Of a stretch of 37,883 bases of DNA, positions 36,896 to 37,883 are shown one piece after another; position 1 is the first letter of the stretch; each line of letters starts with the position of its first letter. Origin of the DNA: a virus (taxonomy: Duplodnaviria > Caudoviricetes); the IMG/VR virus record IMGVR_UViG_3300030095_004537, positions 1 through 37,883 of that record; one strand, 5' to 3'. The translations under genes were made by a program, and so were the position numbers. Under the pieces are notes generated by a model. That model had not been told where the DNA came from. It saw nothing but the letters and a program-made list of their open reading frames with translations, and ran no database searches.

Positions 36896-37135
36896 ATGGA
36901 AATAGCAATAATAGGCTGGGTATGGTTAGGAATATTAATAGGTGTAGTAGCTGGATTCGTACTATGTAGTTGGCTGACACAATCCAAAGTAGCTGAAATG
37001 GATGCTGAGATATCACACCATATATTCGTAAGAGATTCATTAAAGGAAGAGATATTCAGACTAGAGAATCAAACTAAACCACAACCTCGTAAGAAAAGAA
37101 ATATAAAAGTAAATAAGATAAAAGTTGGTGATTAA
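36896..37135 (+). CDS. Small membrane-anchored protein
   Basis: N-terminal TM helix (IAIIGWVWLGILIGVVAGFVLCSWL), coiled coil, basic tail. AAGGAG SD. Confidence 0.65.
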   Translation: MEIAIIGWVWLGILIGVVAGFVLCSWLTQSKVAEMDAEISHHIFVRDSLKEEIFRLENQTKPQPRKKRNIKVNKIKVGD

Positions 37136-37143
37136 CTAACTTA

Positions 37144-37155
37144 CTATATACTTAT
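37144..37155 (+). promoter_or_regulatory. Intergenic 12-mer CTATATACTTAT, copy 2
   Basis: Exact copy of 4809-4820. Confidence 0.4.
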
Positions 37156-37203
37156 TTATAGTTAGAAACTTGCAAGACTATAACTCAAAGGAGATTGGAT
37201 AAA

Positions 37204-37491
37204 ATGAATCAAAATGACCGAAAGGAATTTGAGATTGTACACCTGAAGATAGATGGACTCAAAGAAGATATAGAAAAACTAAACACAGATATGGAAACCG
37301 CTCATCTTAGAACAGAAGAAACACTCAAATTTATTAAGGAAAATTTGTTCAATCCCAATCAAGGCTTGTGGGCTGAAACAAAAGAGAACACACGACATAG
37401 ACAAGACTCACAGAAGTGGAGAATGACTATCGGTGCCGGTTTTATAGGGTTATTTTTTAAACAAATATACGATTTATTCTTAAATAACTAA
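37204..37491 (+). CDS. Coiled-coil protein with C-terminal TM helix (holin/XhlA-like architecture)
   Basis: Heptad-like IDGLKEDIEKLNTDME, then WRMTIGAGFIGLFFKQIYDLF. Confidence 0.5.
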   Translation: MNQNDRKEFEIVHLKIDGLKEDIEKLNTDMETAHLRTEETLKFIKENLFNPNQGLWAETKENTRHRQDSQKWRMTIGAGFIGLFFKQIYDLFLNN

Positions 37492-37526
37492 TTCTTTTTT
37501 CACAAACAATATATATATTTTTAGAG

Positions 37527-37686
37527 GGTGTCAGAGAATGTTGACACCGAAGACGCGTGTCGAATACGCGTGACACTTAATTTCTTTGACACCATAGGTA
37601 AAATCTCTAACGAGATTTCACCATTTAGTTTTACTTAAATGTATTACATAGAGCCTTCCGAATTAGAGGAAATGCTCGGTGCGGAG
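37527..37686 (+). other. Structured non-coding element (multi-hairpin leader/ncRNA or operator/origin)
   Basis: GGTGTCA 37527-33 is complementary to TGACACC at 37542-48 and 37587-93. Further hairpins at 37553-71, 37597-622, 37622-41 and 37651-77. Confidence 0.55.
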
Positions 37687-37693
37687 AAAAGTT

Positions 37694-37837
37694 ATGAGAG
37701 AAAAGATAAAGAAACTCATCGAAAGAATAAAGGTAAAGAAGCTCACCGAATCACAAGAGAGCCTTATCCACGACCACATAAACGTAGAATTTGAGGACTA
37801 CTACTTCTCAAATAGGGAATGTAGGAGAGTGAAATGA
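37694..37837 (+). CDS. Small hypothetical protein, 47 aa (absent from the ORF track)
   Basis: MREKIKKLIERIKVKKLTESQESLIHDHINVEFEDYYFSNRECRRVK. GGAG SD at 37683. Confidence 0.55.
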   Translation: MREKIKKLIERIKVKKLTESQESLIHDHINVEFEDYYFSNRECRRVK

Positions 37838-37883
37838 GGATACTCCTACCAGCGGCATGCTTAATACTATTTAGCTGTCTGCC
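37834..37883 (+). CDS. Putative lipoprotein, N-terminal fragment (3'-truncated)
   Basis: MRILLPAACLILFSCL..., lipobox LFS|C. AGGAG SD and ATGA coupling. Confidence 0.45.
   Translation, partial: MRILLPAACLILFSCL

Noticed and set aside
806-37040. All minus-strand ORFs in the track, and the short nested + ORF at 34717-34938
   Set aside because: They overlap motif-bearing or SD-led + strand genes, lack recognisable motifs and have the composition typical of shadow frames.
37492-37693. tRNA, CRISPR repeat or intrinsic terminator in the structured intergenic region
   Set aside because: No T-loop GTTC/cloverleaf, the TGACAC repeats are short and irregularly spaced, and no hairpin is followed by a clear U-tract.
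1-37883. Stop-codon reassignment as seen in some large phages
   Set aside because: Standard code 11 gives full-length, densely tiled genes ending in TAA, TAG and TGA.

Overview
An AT-rich (roughly 30% GC by eye) fragment of what is most likely a large T4-like tailed dsDNA phage. All credible genes are on the + strand and most are translationally coupled. Left arm (1-5263): T4 gp44- and gp62-like clamp-loader genes flanked by two Mom-family (GNAT) DNA-modification paralogs, then a DUF1599 protein, a Cas4/RecB-like exonuclease and a SLOG protein. Centre (5256-35252): a ~30 kb sugar-biosynthesis and tailoring island with about ten soluble glycosyltransferase-like genes. It also holds enzymes best known from actinomycete antibiotic deoxysugar/aminoglycoside pathways: NDP-hexose 2,3-dehydratase, NDP-sugar C-methyltransferase, RmlC epimerase, SDRs, Gfo/Idh/MocA oxidoreductase, O-carbamoyltransferase, AsnB-type amidotransferase, SPASM and B12-dependent radical SAM enzymes, StrG-like and SnoaL-like proteins. 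A cupin-nucleotidyltransferase-kinase/SdhL/GatZ/HAD cassette and an APRT + MTA/SAH nucleosidase salvage pair complete it. No flippase, polymerase or exporter was seen, which points to an intracellular target (virion, DNA or a small molecule). Right arm (35249-end): small hypothetical, membrane and lipoprotein genes and a GC-enriched multi-hairpin non-coding element with mutually exclusive pairings. Two repeated promoter-like motifs and strong GATC avoidance are visible. All functional calls come from motif recognition by eye; no database search was run.
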